53,645 bases of DNA. It comes from a virus. Lineage: Duplodnaviria; Caudoviricetes. The DNA is taken from IMG/VR virus record IMGVR_UViG_3300025875_000034, positions 1 to 53,645 of that record; one strand, 5' to 3'. A program made the translations under genes and the position numbers. Below the pieces are notes generated by a model. It did not search any database. It was not told where the DNA came from and was given only the letters and a program-made list of their open reading frames with translations. Shown one piece after another: positions 8,303-16,947 of the stretch; position 1 is the first letter of the stretch; every line of letters starts with the position of its first letter.

Positions 8303-8587
8303 TTATTTACTTCTGTTCTTGCTGATTTCGAGTTGCAGCGCATAAGCCTCTTGCGTCACTTTCAGCGCTAAACCTCTTGACTTGCGGAAAGCAAGCCTGC
8401 GTTCTACTTGCCGCAATCCGTTTTCCCGGTCCTTTTTTTCTTTGACATACCTTGCGCGTTCTGTGCCAACGTGCCAAACCGCAAGCTGTTGTTCTAAGTC
8501 CTTGTCTGACATAACAGCAAGCGCGGCTCTTGTCGGCTCGATTCGGAAGGCGTACTTGTCCTGATAACTCCTGTATGCAAAACCCAT
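8303..8587 (-). CDS. Basic hypothetical protein (94 aa)
   Basis: AAAGCCGCAAGCA-ATG. Confidence 0.75.
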   Translation of the reverse strand: MGFAYRSYQDKYAFRIEPTRAALAVMSDKDLEQQLAVWHVGTERARYVKEKKDRENGLRQVERRLAFRKSRGLALKVTQEAYALQLEISKNRSK

Positions 8588-8598
8588 TGCTTGCGGCT

Positions 8599-8718
8599 TT
8601 AAAAAAGTGAGACATTGTTGAATTCCCTGCGCTTGGCTATTAAGTAGCAGTAGAACTCCCGTAAACGGTAGTACGCATTGCTGCGCCCGTTGTGGCTTTT
8701 ATGAAGTCTGTGTTTCAT
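8599..8718 (-). CDS. Small protein (39 aa, MKHRLHKSHNGRSNAYYRLREF...), not in ORF track
   Basis: Directly after conserved promoter, AAAGCCGCAAGCA-ATG, TAA abuts next start motif. Confidence 0.6.
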   Translation of the reverse strand: MKHRLHKSHNGRSNAYYRLREFYCYLIAKRREFNNVSLF

Positions 8719-8740
8719 TGCTTGCGGCTTTATGATGTTT

Positions 8741-8794
8741 CAAATGTCGCAAGAAAAACCGTAAAGTCAAGCATTCCTGAAAATATTTTTCAGG
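8741..8794 (-). promoter_or_regulatory. Conserved phage promoter cassette (palindrome + TTG-N19-GACATTTG)
   Basis: CCTGAAAA-TAT-TTTTCAGG inverted repeat at 8776-8794; same layout as 18782-18834. Confidence 0.75.
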
Positions 8795-9530
8795 ATGCTT
8801 CACCGCCTGCGGCCCTACGCGCATTCTCGACAATCATTGCAGCCTTCATCAACTCCTGCAAATCTTCTGCACTCATTCCCGCCAACGGGCGTTGCGGCTT
8901 AGGAATAACGCTTTCCCCGTCTGACTTCAAATCAATATGCTGAATTGATTTCCAGCTTGCCGGGTCTTGGTTTTGCAGGAAGTATTCAATACTGCGTTGG
9001 TTGGGCGCATATTGCTTTTCAGTCTCCTTTTCAATGATTGACCCTTGATAGGCGAAAAACTTTGTTTCAGGATGCGAAAAGCCGATTGCGGATTTGAACA
9101 GCGCAGCAACAACCGCCGCAACAGCGTTTTGCTTGCCGCCTTTCAACGCATCTTCAATTTCCGGGTATTCTTCATACCAACCTTCAAGCGCGTCTCTCTT
9201 AACGCCTAAAATGTCCGCAATTTCTGCGTTCGTCAGACCCTTTTCTTTCATGCGCCGCAACAGTGTCAATGACTCCTGTATTGGTTCGCCTTTCTCATTA
9301 TAAAAGTATTCTTGCGCCTTGCTCTTTATGCTTGCGGTTTCATACGCCTCTTTTAGCGCAGGAACCGTTGTAAGCCAATTAAAAAGAGTTTTCGGGGAAA
9401 TACCGTAATGCGCAGCAATCTTCGCTTGCGTCCCTAATTCCCGGCAAACCTTGCGGAAATTCTGTAATTCATACGGGTCAAGATTCCCGTCCGCTTCATC
9501 AAAGAAGTCAGATAATTTTGTAGTTGCCAT
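8790..9530 (-). CDS. terS: Terminase small subunit (246 aa, tandem HTH)
   Basis: Two HTH units (QAKIAAHYGISPKTLFNW; NAEIADILGVKRDALEGW) then VVAALFKSAIG...APNQRSIEYFLQNQDPASWK. Confidence 0.8.
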   Translation of the reverse strand: MATTKLSDFFDEADGNLDPYELQNFRKVCRELGTQAKIAAHYGISPKTLFNWLTTVPALKEAYETASIKSKAQEYFYNEKGEPIQESLTLLRRMKEKGLTNAEIADILGVKRDALEGWYEEYPEIEDALKGGKQNAVAAVVAALFKSAIGFSHPETKFFAYQGSIIEKETEKQYAPNQRSIEYFLQNQDPASWKSIQHIDLKSDGESVIPKPQRPLAGMSAEDLQELMKAAMIVENARRAAGGEAS

Positions 9531-9532
9531 AA

Positions 9533-9592
9533 AAGAAAAATCAACGTCACTGTTGAGAACTCGAAAGTACTCAATTGACGTTGATTTTTCTT
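9533..9592 (-). terminator. Long hairpin directly upstream of the terS start
   Basis: 17-bp perfect arms AAGAAAAATCAACGTCA/TGACGTTGATTTTTCTT plus inner TTGAG/CTCAA stem. Confidence 0.6.
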
Positions 9593-9615
9593 ATTTGGTT
9601 CTTGCGGCTGTCAGC

Positions 9616-10083
9616 TTACATCAACAACAAATAAAATGCTGACTCAAGAATTAGACAGCCGATAACTTTTGCGGCTGCATACGCCTTGCCGGGAATTTTG
9701 AATTTGCCGAATATTTTATTCGCAAACTTGTCTGCGTTTGCCGTTGCCGGGTCTTGCCCTATGTAATGCCATAACAGATTGCGGCGTTTGTTCAGGCGAA
9801 TATCAAACCATAAGCCGAACCAAACCGCAAGCAGAGCCGCCAAAACGGCAACTGAAACAATTCTTGCGGCAACCGCAAGCGCAGTCAATTCCAACAGTTC
9901 CGGGCGGTATGCAGTCGGACCCAAAACGAAACCCGCAAGCGCAGTCATTCTTTCGCGCTTTCCTAGCAAGTGAGTGACCTTGTAGTTGCGCTTGATTGCG
10001 TCTGCATCTGACTGTGCTTCAACGTCTGCGTATATGTACGTCAGGAGTTTCGCCGCCTGTACTGATAGGATTAGTTTCAACAT
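9616..10083 (-). CDS. Membrane protein (155 aa)
   Basis: Several hydrophobic segments. Confidence 0.7.
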   Translation of the reverse strand: MLKLILSVQAAKLLTYIYADVEAQSDADAIKRNYKVTHLLGKRERMTALAGFVLGPTAYRPELLELTALAVAARIVSVAVLAALLAVWFGLWFDIRLNKRRNLLWHYIGQDPATANADKFANKIFGKFKIPGKAYAAAKVIGCLILESAFYLLLM

Positions 10084-10324
10084 TGGGAATATCTTCAAAA
10101 AAGTACAGGTTCACATTTGGCGGCAAACTTTCCCCGTCAACCTTCATAATGTGAAGGAACGTTGCAAGCGGGCAATACAAGCCCGCTGTTGCATTATCGG
10201 CTACTTGAAAGCCTTCCGGGTTCGGAAGGGTCTTTGCGTGTTGCTCAAGCGCCTGCGGAGTGTCGAATTTAGCAGATGCAGGTTCACCCGTTGCTGCATC
10301 TGTCAGCCAAAATTGATTATCCAT
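10019..10324 (-). CDS. Hypothetical protein (101 aa)
   Basis: ORF tiling. Confidence 0.65.
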   Translation of the reverse strand: MDNQFWLTDAATGEPASAKFDTPQALEQHAKTLPNPEGFQVADNATAGLYCPLATFLHIMKVDGESLPPNVNLYFFEDIPNVETNPISTGGETPDVHIRRR

Positions 10325-10550
10325 TTTTTGCGTCTCCTTTCATCTTTTCTTCTGCAATGCGTTTGTTGGCGCTGCGAATATCCGCTGCAACCATTCCGCC
10401 CGCAATCACAACGAAAACGACTGCAACAATGGCTTCCGTTGTAACGGGCCGTTCCCTTTTGATTTCATGCCGAATGTAGAAACCAAGCCCGATTGAAATT
10501 GCGACAAAAAAAGCCGCAGCAAGAATTGTTTTTAATCCTAGCTTTTTCAT
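10317..10550 (-). CDS. Two-TM membrane protein (77 aa)
   Basis: Two hydrophobic helices. Confidence 0.75.
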   Translation of the reverse strand: MKKLGLKTILAAAFFVAISIGLGFYIRHEIKRERPVTTEAIVAVVFVVIAGGMVAADIRSANKRIAEEKMKGDAKNG

Positions 10551-10551
10551 T

Positions 10552-11304
10552 TTATTGTTTGTTTGGGTAAAGAAGATTGAAAAGAATGCTTTTTGTTCTC
10601 ATTGGGAAATTGCCTTTTAAAATCCATTCCCCAAATCCAACGTCAGACAATACCGGCTTGCCTTTTGCCTTTCCGATATTATAAATTATTTCGCCGTTTT
10701 TATTTTTGGCGAGAACTCCTGCGAAATCAACCCGTTCTGATTGGCCCAACATTTCCGACAATTCAAAAACATTGTCAGGCAAATCAGAATATCTTTCGAG
10801 TTGGCCCGCGAATACTTTAATTGTTGCGGCAACGTCTGCATCTGAACTATGCGCGTTTTCCAATTCGTCTATTCCGCAATAAAACTTGAGCGCGGCTGCG
10901 AGTGTGCGCGGCTCTTTCATTGTGAAGATTCGCAATGTGTCAACAATGCGAGTGTCTGCGGTTGGAAACTCGATACCACAACGGGCGAATTCCTCTGCAA
11001 GAATCGGAACATCAAACTTTTCTATGTTGTGTCCGCACAAGTCGCAATCTGCCAGGAATTGATGCAGACCGTTTGCGAGTTTTTTAAACGTTGGTTGGTC
11101 CGCAACCATTTCGTTTGTGATGCCGTGAACTGCGGTTGTGTCCGCAGGAATAGGAAAGCCCGGATTTATCAACCGGGTCTTTGTCTCAACATCAAAATCA
11201 GGCTTCATCTTGGAAAAGGTTGCCTGTACTATTCGGGCGGTTGCAGTGTCCTTTGATGTGGTTTCCAAATCAAAGATGACAAGCGGACGCAAAAGTTCAA
11301 TCAT
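10552..11304 (-). CDS. DEDDh 3'-5' exonuclease (DnaQ/Pol III epsilon-like, 250 aa)
   Basis: IFDLETT, VHGIT, GHNIEKFD, AHSSDAD motifs. Confidence 0.92.
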   Translation of the reverse strand: MIELLRPLVIFDLETTSKDTATARIVQATFSKMKPDFDVETKTRLINPGFPIPADTTAVHGITNEMVADQPTFKKLANGLHQFLADCDLCGHNIEKFDVPILAEEFARCGIEFPTADTRIVDTLRIFTMKEPRTLAAALKFYCGIDELENAHSSDADVAATIKVFAGQLERYSDLPDNVFELSEMLGQSERVDFAGVLAKNKNGEIIYNIGKAKGKPVLSDVGFGEWILKGNFPMRTKSILFNLLYPNKQ

Positions 11305-11340
11305 TGCTTGCGGCTTTATGTTTATGTAAATGTACTGATT

Positions 11341-11616
11341 TTAGTTTGCACAGAGTAGCGGCCAATTAAAATGCAACTCTTGCTTTTCAAGACTCCAATT
11401 TGTTCCCCAAACACTAAACTTGATTTTGTAGGGACTCCAAACGGGAACGAATAAGCACAAGCCGCCTATTCTGTCATTGAAATATGTTTGCATTTCTGCT
11501 TGCGGATTCAAGCCGAACTCCTGAACCCTTACGCCTACGGCAACAAGCTTGTCTCTGAATTCCTGTGTTGGGCAAAAAGCGCAACTCAAATCCATTTGCG
11601 GCATTTCGTAATTCAT
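11341..11616 (-). CDS. Hypothetical protein (91 aa)
   Basis: ORF tiling, TTCGCA-ATG. Confidence 0.7.
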   Translation of the reverse strand: MNYEMPQMDLSCAFCPTQEFRDKLVAVGVRVQEFGLNPQAEMQTYFNDRIGGLCLFVPVWSPYKIKFSVWGTNWSLEKQELHFNWPLLCAN

Positions 11617-11622
11617 TGCGAA

Positions 11623-11814
11623 TTATATTTTCAAGGGTTCAATTCCGGATGCAATGCAAATAATGTCAATTCCGCGCTTGAAGCACTCAAGCCGCCTTTC
11701 AGCTTCATCCTTTTTTATCCTGCCTTCATTCAGTTGAAATTCAAACCGCTTTTTGCAAGTCGCAAGTTGCTGCATCAACTCAACTATTATTTCGCCGGGT
11801 GTTGGGTTTTTCAT
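11623..11814 (-). CDS. Hypothetical protein (63 aa, MKNPTPG)
   Basis: TTCCGCA-ATG start. Confidence 0.7.
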   Translation of the reverse strand: MKNPTPGEIIVELMQQLATCKKRFEFQLNEGRIKKDEAERRLECFKRGIDIICIASGIEPLKI

Positions 11815-12322
11815 TGCGGAATAAATCAGGATAATTGTTTTTGAATTGTTGGAAGTATTGCGGCTCCAACCTTTCCATAATTTCCATTTTAAGCGCCCAA
11901 CTTTCGGGGTGAATCCGGCATGAGGTCCGCTTGTCATGTTCCCATATATAATGGCAATCTTGACATTCAAGCAATATGTTTTCCGGGTTCGCTCTGTGCT
12001 TTTCGTGCTGCTTTTCTGTCAGTACGTGCGAATGCGTCAAGCAGTTAGGTTCGCCGCAGCTTACGCACCAATGTTCATTTGTTGCATCTACTACTGCATA
12101 AGCCGCAGCCTTTTGCGCATTCTTTACCGCTTGCTTGCTGCTTACTTGTCGAATCGGCTTGCGGCTTTGCGGTAATCCGTTCCGGGCGGGCTTGCTTTCT
12201 TTCGGATTTTCTGACTTGATTCTTGCCTTGTTGTGTGTTGCGCATAAACAGAATTCTTTGTTCTCGATTTTATTTGAATTGCAGGGTTCGCCGGTTTCGA
12301 GTTCCCAAACACAGAGCTTCAT
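11780..12322 (-). CDS. HNH endonuclease, NinG/Rap-like position (180 aa)
   Basis: CVSC...THSHVL...ENILLECQDCH; follows NinB-like gene. Confidence 0.75.
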   Translation of the reverse strand: MKLCVWELETGEPCNSNKIENKEFCLCATHNKARIKSENPKESKPARNGLPQSRKPIRQVSSKQAVKNAQKAAAYAVVDATNEHWCVSCGEPNCLTHSHVLTEKQHEKHRANPENILLECQDCHYIWEHDKRTSCRIHPESWALKMEIMERLEPQYFQQFKNNYPDLFRNEKPNTRRNNS

Positions 12323-12774
12323 ATTTTATTATCCGAGTGCAACTGAACATATATTTCATCCGGAATTGATTTTGCATCCGGAATTTCAATACCTCTTTCT
12401 GCGCCCCAACGAATTACACTGTCAAGATAAGTCATCATTTCTTCCTTGGTGAACTTACTTGTTGAAAGCGGGTATTCAATCACTTCGCCGCCAAAATCAA
12501 AGCGGGTTCGCAATCCGAATTTTAATTTAAATATTTCATGCAACTCGCCTATTTCAAATCCGGTTGCATCTGAAAGCGTTTTATACACAACGCCCCAAAG
12601 GTATTTATTTTGCTGATTGCTGCGCAGCGCCGAATCTTTACCGTCAGTTAAATATATTTTGTATTCCGTTCCTGTGTCGAGCTTTTTACCTGACACTACG
12701 GTTCCCAACAATGCGAAGAATTTATTGAATTCGCCTTTTGTCAGATTATTCAGTTTTGCTTTTAAAAGAATCAT
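12319..12774 (-). CDS. ninB: NinB/Orf-family recombination mediator (151 aa)
   Basis: RSNQQNKYLWG...STSKFTKEEMMTYLDSV...GIEIP. Confidence 0.8.
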   Translation of the reverse strand: MILLKAKLNNLTKGEFNKFFALLGTVVSGKKLDTGTEYKIYLTDGKDSALRSNQQNKYLWGVVYKTLSDATGFEIGELHEIFKLKFGLRTRFDFGGEVIEYPLSTSKFTKEEMMTYLDSVIRWGAERGIEIPDAKSIPDEIYVQLHSDNKI

Positions 12775-12786
12775 TGCTTGCGGCTT

Positions 12787-13698
12787 TTATAGGGTTTCAA
12801 AATCAGTTTCAGTTGAAATGCGCTTGCCCGTTATCGGGTTGTAATCTTCAATGAAAGCTTGCCTGCGTTTTGTATATGCCGCAATCGTTGCTTCCTCTGT
12901 TTTGTTGAGCGCAGTTGATGTTGCGAATTTGCCAAGTGCGGCCCGTTCGCGGTCTGTGACGGTTGGCACAAATTCGCGCTTCAAGTATTCCTCAAGCTTA
13001 TTGCGGTTGTCTGCGCTGAACTGAATCTGCATTGACATAAGCTTTCGCCGGTTGTTCTCGTTTCGCTTTTCTTCTTCGCGCTTTATTTGTTCCGCAAGAA
13101 CCTTTTGTTCGCGCTCCTGCGGAGTCCCATACAACCGCAGGCGTTCGGCTTGCAGGAATTGGTGAAGTTCTTCCGGGTCTTTGGGCAATCCCTTTTGGTC
13201 TTGCGGCAAAACGCTTTTATGCGCAGAGTTGGTTTGCTCCCAAATCAAAGACCGTTCTTCAAGCTTTTCATATTTTTCAAACCAAGACAGTATTGTTGGC
13301 CCGTCCAATCTGTTATAGTACAGTTCTCCGAACTTTCCCATCTTTCCATATTTCAGGACAACCGCAATTTCCTCGAAACGCATTGCCCGGCTGCGCTCTG
13401 CAACCAAAGCCGCAATTTCTTTTATTTGGTCTTGGTTTGGCTTGTCAACACTCTTGCCGAAAAAGTTGACAGTTGCTTTTATCATTGTCGCAACAAGCGC
13501 AAAAAGTTCGCCTCTGTTTTCTCGCAGCAACGGTCCTACTTCCGTTCCCTTTTCTATTGCTTCGCGCAATGAAACCCGGTTTACTAATTTCGCAAGTTCA
13601 CCGTTCTTCCAATCTTCTTGTTGCGAGTTTGGATGCTGACTAATAGCCGCTAAAGTCGTTAGCGCTAAACCCGGATTGTATTTCTGTAAATCGTTCAT
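12787..13698 (-). CDS. Putative helicase loader / replication accessory protein (303 aa)
   Basis: Directly after initiator gene (lambda O-P layout); helical GKFGELYYNRLDGPTILSWF segment; function inferred from position. Confidence 0.5.
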   Translation of the reverse strand: MNDLQKYNPGLALTTLAAISQHPNSQQEDWKNGELAKLVNRVSLREAIEKGTEVGPLLRENRGELFALVATMIKATVNFFGKSVDKPNQDQIKEIAALVAERSRAMRFEEIAVVLKYGKMGKFGELYYNRLDGPTILSWFEKYEKLEERSLIWEQTNSAHKSVLPQDQKGLPKDPEELHQFLQAERLRLYGTPQEREQKVLAEQIKREEEKRNENNRRKLMSMQIQFSADNRNKLEEYLKREFVPTVTDRERAALGKFATSTALNKTEEATIAAYTKRRQAFIEDYNPITGKRISTETDFETL

Positions 13699-14674
13699 TG
13701 TGTTTTCTGATTTCAGGAATTATTGTTGTCATCTGATTTGAAAGAATTTTGATGTTCATTTTCGTTTCAAACCATTCCGGAAGCAAATGCCAACCGGCAA
13801 GGATTCCTTCAAACAACTCAAGTGCATCTGTGTAACTCTGTGCAGTTGTGATGCCTTTCAGGTAATCGAGTATTGATTTTAACAATTTACCGTCTGCGGC
13901 ATCAAATTTCGGCGCAACATTATATTTCGCCTTGTATGCCTGAAAGTAAATACCAATTGCGTCTTTGTAAACGGGCGGCGCGTCACTTTTCTTTCTTCCG
14001 GGTGCGGCTCCCTTAATTCGCCCGCCCGTATTTTTTTTTGAGTCAAGCTGCGAGCCTTGCGAGTCAGCAAAGTAATCTTCTGCCTTAGTCTCTGTTAAGT
14101 CTCTTGTATTAGTCTCTGTTAAGGGTTCTGAAATTTTTAAAGGACCGGAACTGAAATTATTTCGGTTCTGGTTCTGAAAATTTTCAAGGACCGGAACTGA
14201 AATTATTTCAGGACCGGAACCCGGTTCTTGAATTTTTTCAGAACCGCGCTGTTTGCGTTGTTTCGCTATTCCGTAAACCTCTGAATACTTCTCGAAACCC
14301 GTTTTTCGCTTTGATAGGAAGTCAACAAAGGATTCAATGAATGCTTCTCGCAGCATCCGGAAATGAACCGTTGCAAAGCCGTTGAAGCGCTTCACAGTCG
14401 TTTCAAGAATCTTTCTGTCATCTTCCAAGAGCTTTGCGGCTCTGCGCACCAAGTATTCAGAAAGGCGAATTTCGGCGTACCAATCTTTGTATTCCTTGGC
14501 AATCCAACCGCCCGGAATCTTTGTCTTGTCAGACCAATAAATTAGTTGCGACAATAAAAGCGCGGTTTCGTGATGACCGTCACAATAATCAACGAACGCA
14601 GTTGAATACGCAAGTTGGTTGTTGTGTCCTGTTAGCTGGCTAATCAGTCCGAAAACCTCTGCTTGTCTTATCAT
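13640..14674 (-). CDS. Replication initiator protein (344 aa, MIRQAEV)
   Basis: N-terminal winged helix (ALLLSQLIYWSDK...WYAEIRLSEYLVRRAAKLL), central repeats encoded by iterons; ATGA overlap with upstream gene. Confidence 0.8.
   Translation of the reverse strand: MIRQAEVFGLISQLTGHNNQLAYSTAFVDYCDGHHETALLLSQLIYWSDKTKIPGGWIAKEYKDWYAEIRLSEYLVRRAAKLLEDDRKILETTVKRFNGFATVHFRMLREAFIESFVDFLSKRKTGFEKYSEVYGIAKQRKQRGSEKIQEPGSGPEIISVPVLENFQNQNRNNFSSGPLKISEPLTETNTRDLTETKAEDYFADSQGSQLDSKKNTGGRIKGAAPGRKKSDAPPVYKDAIGIYFQAYKAKYNVAPKFDAADGKLLKSILDYLKGITTAQSYTDALELFEGILAGWHLLPEWFETKMNIKILSNQMTTIIPEIRKHNERFTEIQSGFSANDFSGY
14085..14241. repeat. Iteron cluster, probable replication origin inside initiator gene
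   Basis: AAGGACCGGAACTGAAATTATTTC at 14140-14163 and 14186-14209 (46-bp period), third GGACCGGAAC at 14211; TTAGTCTCTGTTAAG at 14085 and 14109. Confidence 0.8.
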
Positions 14675-15087
14675 ACAATTTGAACTCCTAAGATTTCCGC
14701 GAATTGGCGAATTTTGGGCGTAAGGCGTTGCCCGGAACCGTTTAGGAAGGCAGAAACCCAACTGACACTGAACCCGTCATTCGCATCTGTGAAGTCCGCA
14801 AGGGTTGTGAATTTGCGCTTGAAGGCAATCTTCATTTCTTGCCGTTTGGCTTCCGGCAAATTCACGCCCGCAATAGGCTTGTTTTCAGTCCCTCTTGCGA
14901 CTTCCTGCATTCGGCGCAGGTTATCTTGATTTGAAACGTAGATGCCGCGCAGAGACTTGGTTGCGGTTGTGTAGTTGAAGCCCGTCAGCATACAAAACCG
15001 GGAAAGGCTATTAAACTTATTCTCGATTGCGGAACGCAGTTCGCCGGGCGTTACTTGCTCAAATGGTTTTTCAAGTACCTGTGTCAT
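14671..15087 (-). CDS. Tandem Cro/XRE-like HTH regulator (138 aa)
   Basis: KFNSLSRFCMLTGFNYTTATKSLRG and KFTTLADFTDANDGFSVSWVSAFLNG. Confidence 0.65.
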   Translation of the reverse strand: MTQVLEKPFEQVTPGELRSAIENKFNSLSRFCMLTGFNYTTATKSLRGIYVSNQDNLRRMQEVARGTENKPIAGVNLPEAKRQEMKIAFKRKFTTLADFTDANDGFSVSWVSAFLNGSGQRLTPKIRQFAEILGVQIV

Positions 15088-15830
15088 TAGTTTTGCTCTT
15101 TTAACTGTAAAATCCTTTCTTCATTCAACAAGCCCGTCTTGCTGATTGGGTTCCCGGAATCCAAGTAATTCCGGACAATTGCAATGTTATCTTCTGATAT
15201 ATTGGGAACTAGCTGCACAACCGGGAAATTGCGGATTTGGCCCGGCTTTTGGCTTTTGACTTTCTTCACCGTCAAATCAAAAGGAATGTTGATGACGGTC
15301 TTTGCTTGCTCCTGAACCCGGTCAAAGGTTTCCCGGATTTGTTCAATGCTTGACTTTTCACCGTGCGTTGTGAACTCGAAAACGCCTGCAAGCCCGCGAA
15401 TCTTTGGAATGATGAACCGCAACGTCAGTGCGGCCTTCCATTTACCTGCGGCTTTTAGCGCCGCCTTGCCTTCATCTGTGCCGTTATCAACTGCAAGGTA
15501 ATCATCCTTGTCTGCGTTGTATAGAAGCCAAGTTTCCCCGTCTCCTTTGCCCGTCAGCTTTCCGGCTGAATCCCTGCATTCGTATTCTTCCTTGCAAGAG
15601 TAGTTTATATCATCTGAAATGAAAACTACCTGAATAACGTCCGGTTTTTGTTGATGCGCCTTTTCAAAATAACTTGCGTATTTCCCGGAACAAAGGAAGT
15701 AATCAAGGCTTTCCGGCCTTCCGGTTGCGGTCTTTTGACCCACCTTGATTTTGCCGATTAGGGGCAAGCCCGGCTTTTCAACCGGGCTTGCGACTTCATT
15801 TTTTTTCTTGATGCGTCCTGACAAAGCCAT
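15087..15830 (-). CDS. Gp3-like (recombination directionality factor-like) protein, probable annealase partner of adjacent exonuclease (247 aa)
   Basis: GKIKVGQK...PESLDYF; LTLRFIIP...GVFEFTTHGEKS; adjacent to exonuclease. Confidence 0.6.
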   Translation of the reverse strand: MALSGRIKKKNEVASPVEKPGLPLIGKIKVGQKTATGRPESLDYFLCSGKYASYFEKAHQQKPDVIQVVFISDDINYSCKEEYECRDSAGKLTGKGDGETWLLYNADKDDYLAVDNGTDEGKAALKAAGKWKAALTLRFIIPKIRGLAGVFEFTTHGEKSSIEQIRETFDRVQEQAKTVINIPFDLTVKKVKSQKPGQIRNFPVVQLVPNISEDNIAIVRNYLDSGNPISKTGLLNEERILQLKEQN

Positions 15831-16822
15831 TATTTCGAGCGCTTAGAGGTAACAAAATTTTCCAACGTCACAACCTGAACACAATCCGCAAGAAAGTTTC
15901 TGTCAAGATTCACAACGCCTGAATACGTTGTTACAGTATCACTCCGCTTTGCAGCTTGGATGCGCCCCAACTCGACAAGGAACGGAAGCTTTTTGCGGTT
16001 CGGGCTTTCGGTTTGGTCCTTCAACTTGTATGTTGGGGTTGTTCCCCTCCATTCGTTCGGAGCAAAGTTGTATAGCCTGTCAATCTTCAAGTCGGGAAAG
16101 TTTTCTTCAACAAGCAGGCGGTATGCCTCAAGCTGAATTTCATGTTCCTCATAAAAGCCTTTCTTGCCTGACTTGAAATCAACGATTGCGACTATTTCAA
16201 CCGGAACCTTGCATTCCTTGGATTGACCTTTGCGCGGCCCGCTTGCGTAAACCTCTGTTGCGCTGAATCCGGGAACCTCGATTGTCATTCTACAAACCAA
16301 GTCAAGAGCGCCTGCAAAGCCATATTGCGAACTCGCAAGCATCAATTCAATGCCAAGCGGAACAACGTTGAAATCCTGCATGAACTGCGCAAACGCAAGT
16401 GCATCTTTCTTCAATTCCGGCTCCCATTTTTCAGCATAGAATGCAGGAAGGCGTTCTTCCTCTAAATATGCCGCAATCTGTTCGCGCATCAAATCCAAGT
16501 TCAACGTCCGGGTAATCAACAGTTCTTCAAAGAACTTGTGCATCATTGTCCCATAACCCGCCCGTTCAAACTTGATTTCGTCTGCGCCTTCACTTCCGTT
16601 CTTGGCAATCCAAGCAATAAGCGCCGCAGGAGTCGGCATTGTGGCTTTTATCAGGTTGGTTACTGATATAAAGAACTCTGCGCCTTGCTTGCCGAATGTG
16701 TAGTAATAGCGCCCGGCTGAACCCGCTGCGAGACGGTAAAGCGGGCGCGGCGTAATGCGCAGCGCGTCTTGGTCAAAGTACAGTGCTGTTACTTCCTGAA
16801 CGGTCAATTCTGATACTTCCAT
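15830..16822 (-). CDS. PD-(D/E)XK exonuclease (330 aa)
   Basis: ISVTNLI, GTMMH, FAGALDLVC, IVDFKSG, QLEAY. Confidence 0.85.
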   Translation of the reverse strand: MEVSELTVQEVTALYFDQDALRITPRPLYRLAAGSAGRYYYTFGKQGAEFFISVTNLIKATMPTPAALIAWIAKNGSEGADEIKFERAGYGTMMHKFFEELLITRTLNLDLMREQIAAYLEEERLPAFYAEKWEPELKKDALAFAQFMQDFNVVPLGIELMLASSQYGFAGALDLVCRMTIEVPGFSATEVYASGPRKGQSKECKVPVEIVAIVDFKSGKKGFYEEHEIQLEAYRLLVEENFPDLKIDRLYNFAPNEWRGTTPTYKLKDQTESPNRKKLPFLVELGRIQAAKRSDTVTTYSGVVNLDRNFLADCVQVVTLENFVTSKRSK

Positions 16823-16850
16823 TTTCTTGCGGCTTTAAATTAGTGATGAA

Positions 16851-16881
16851 CAAATGTAAACAACTTTCTTGAATCTGCAAA
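16851..16881 (-). promoter_or_regulatory. Bacteroidota sigma-A promoter for recombination/replication operon
   Basis: TTTG-N19-TACATTTG on minus strand. Confidence 0.75.
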
Positions 16882-16902
16882 CTTTTTCAGGAATTGCGAG
16901 AC

Positions 16903-16934
16903 AAAAGAAAACCGCCCGAAAGCGGTTCCTTTTT
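16903..16934 (-). terminator. Rho-independent terminator
   Basis: AACCGC-N6-GCGGTT with flanking A and T tracts. Confidence 0.6.
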
Positions 16935-16947
16935 GAGTATGCAGGAG

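Noticed and set aside
14085-14241. CRISPR mini-array
   Set aside because: Only 2-3 units, spacers similar to each other, located within the initiator CDS; fits iterons
13640-14761. ORF-track upstream starts (e.g. 14761, 1198, 2856, 39139, 48944, 52694)
   Set aside because: They create long overlaps; downstream ATGs carry the start motif or stop-start coupling
15830-16822. Cas4 / CRISPR-associated nuclease
   Set aside because: No four-Cys Fe-S motif and no array; context is a recombination module
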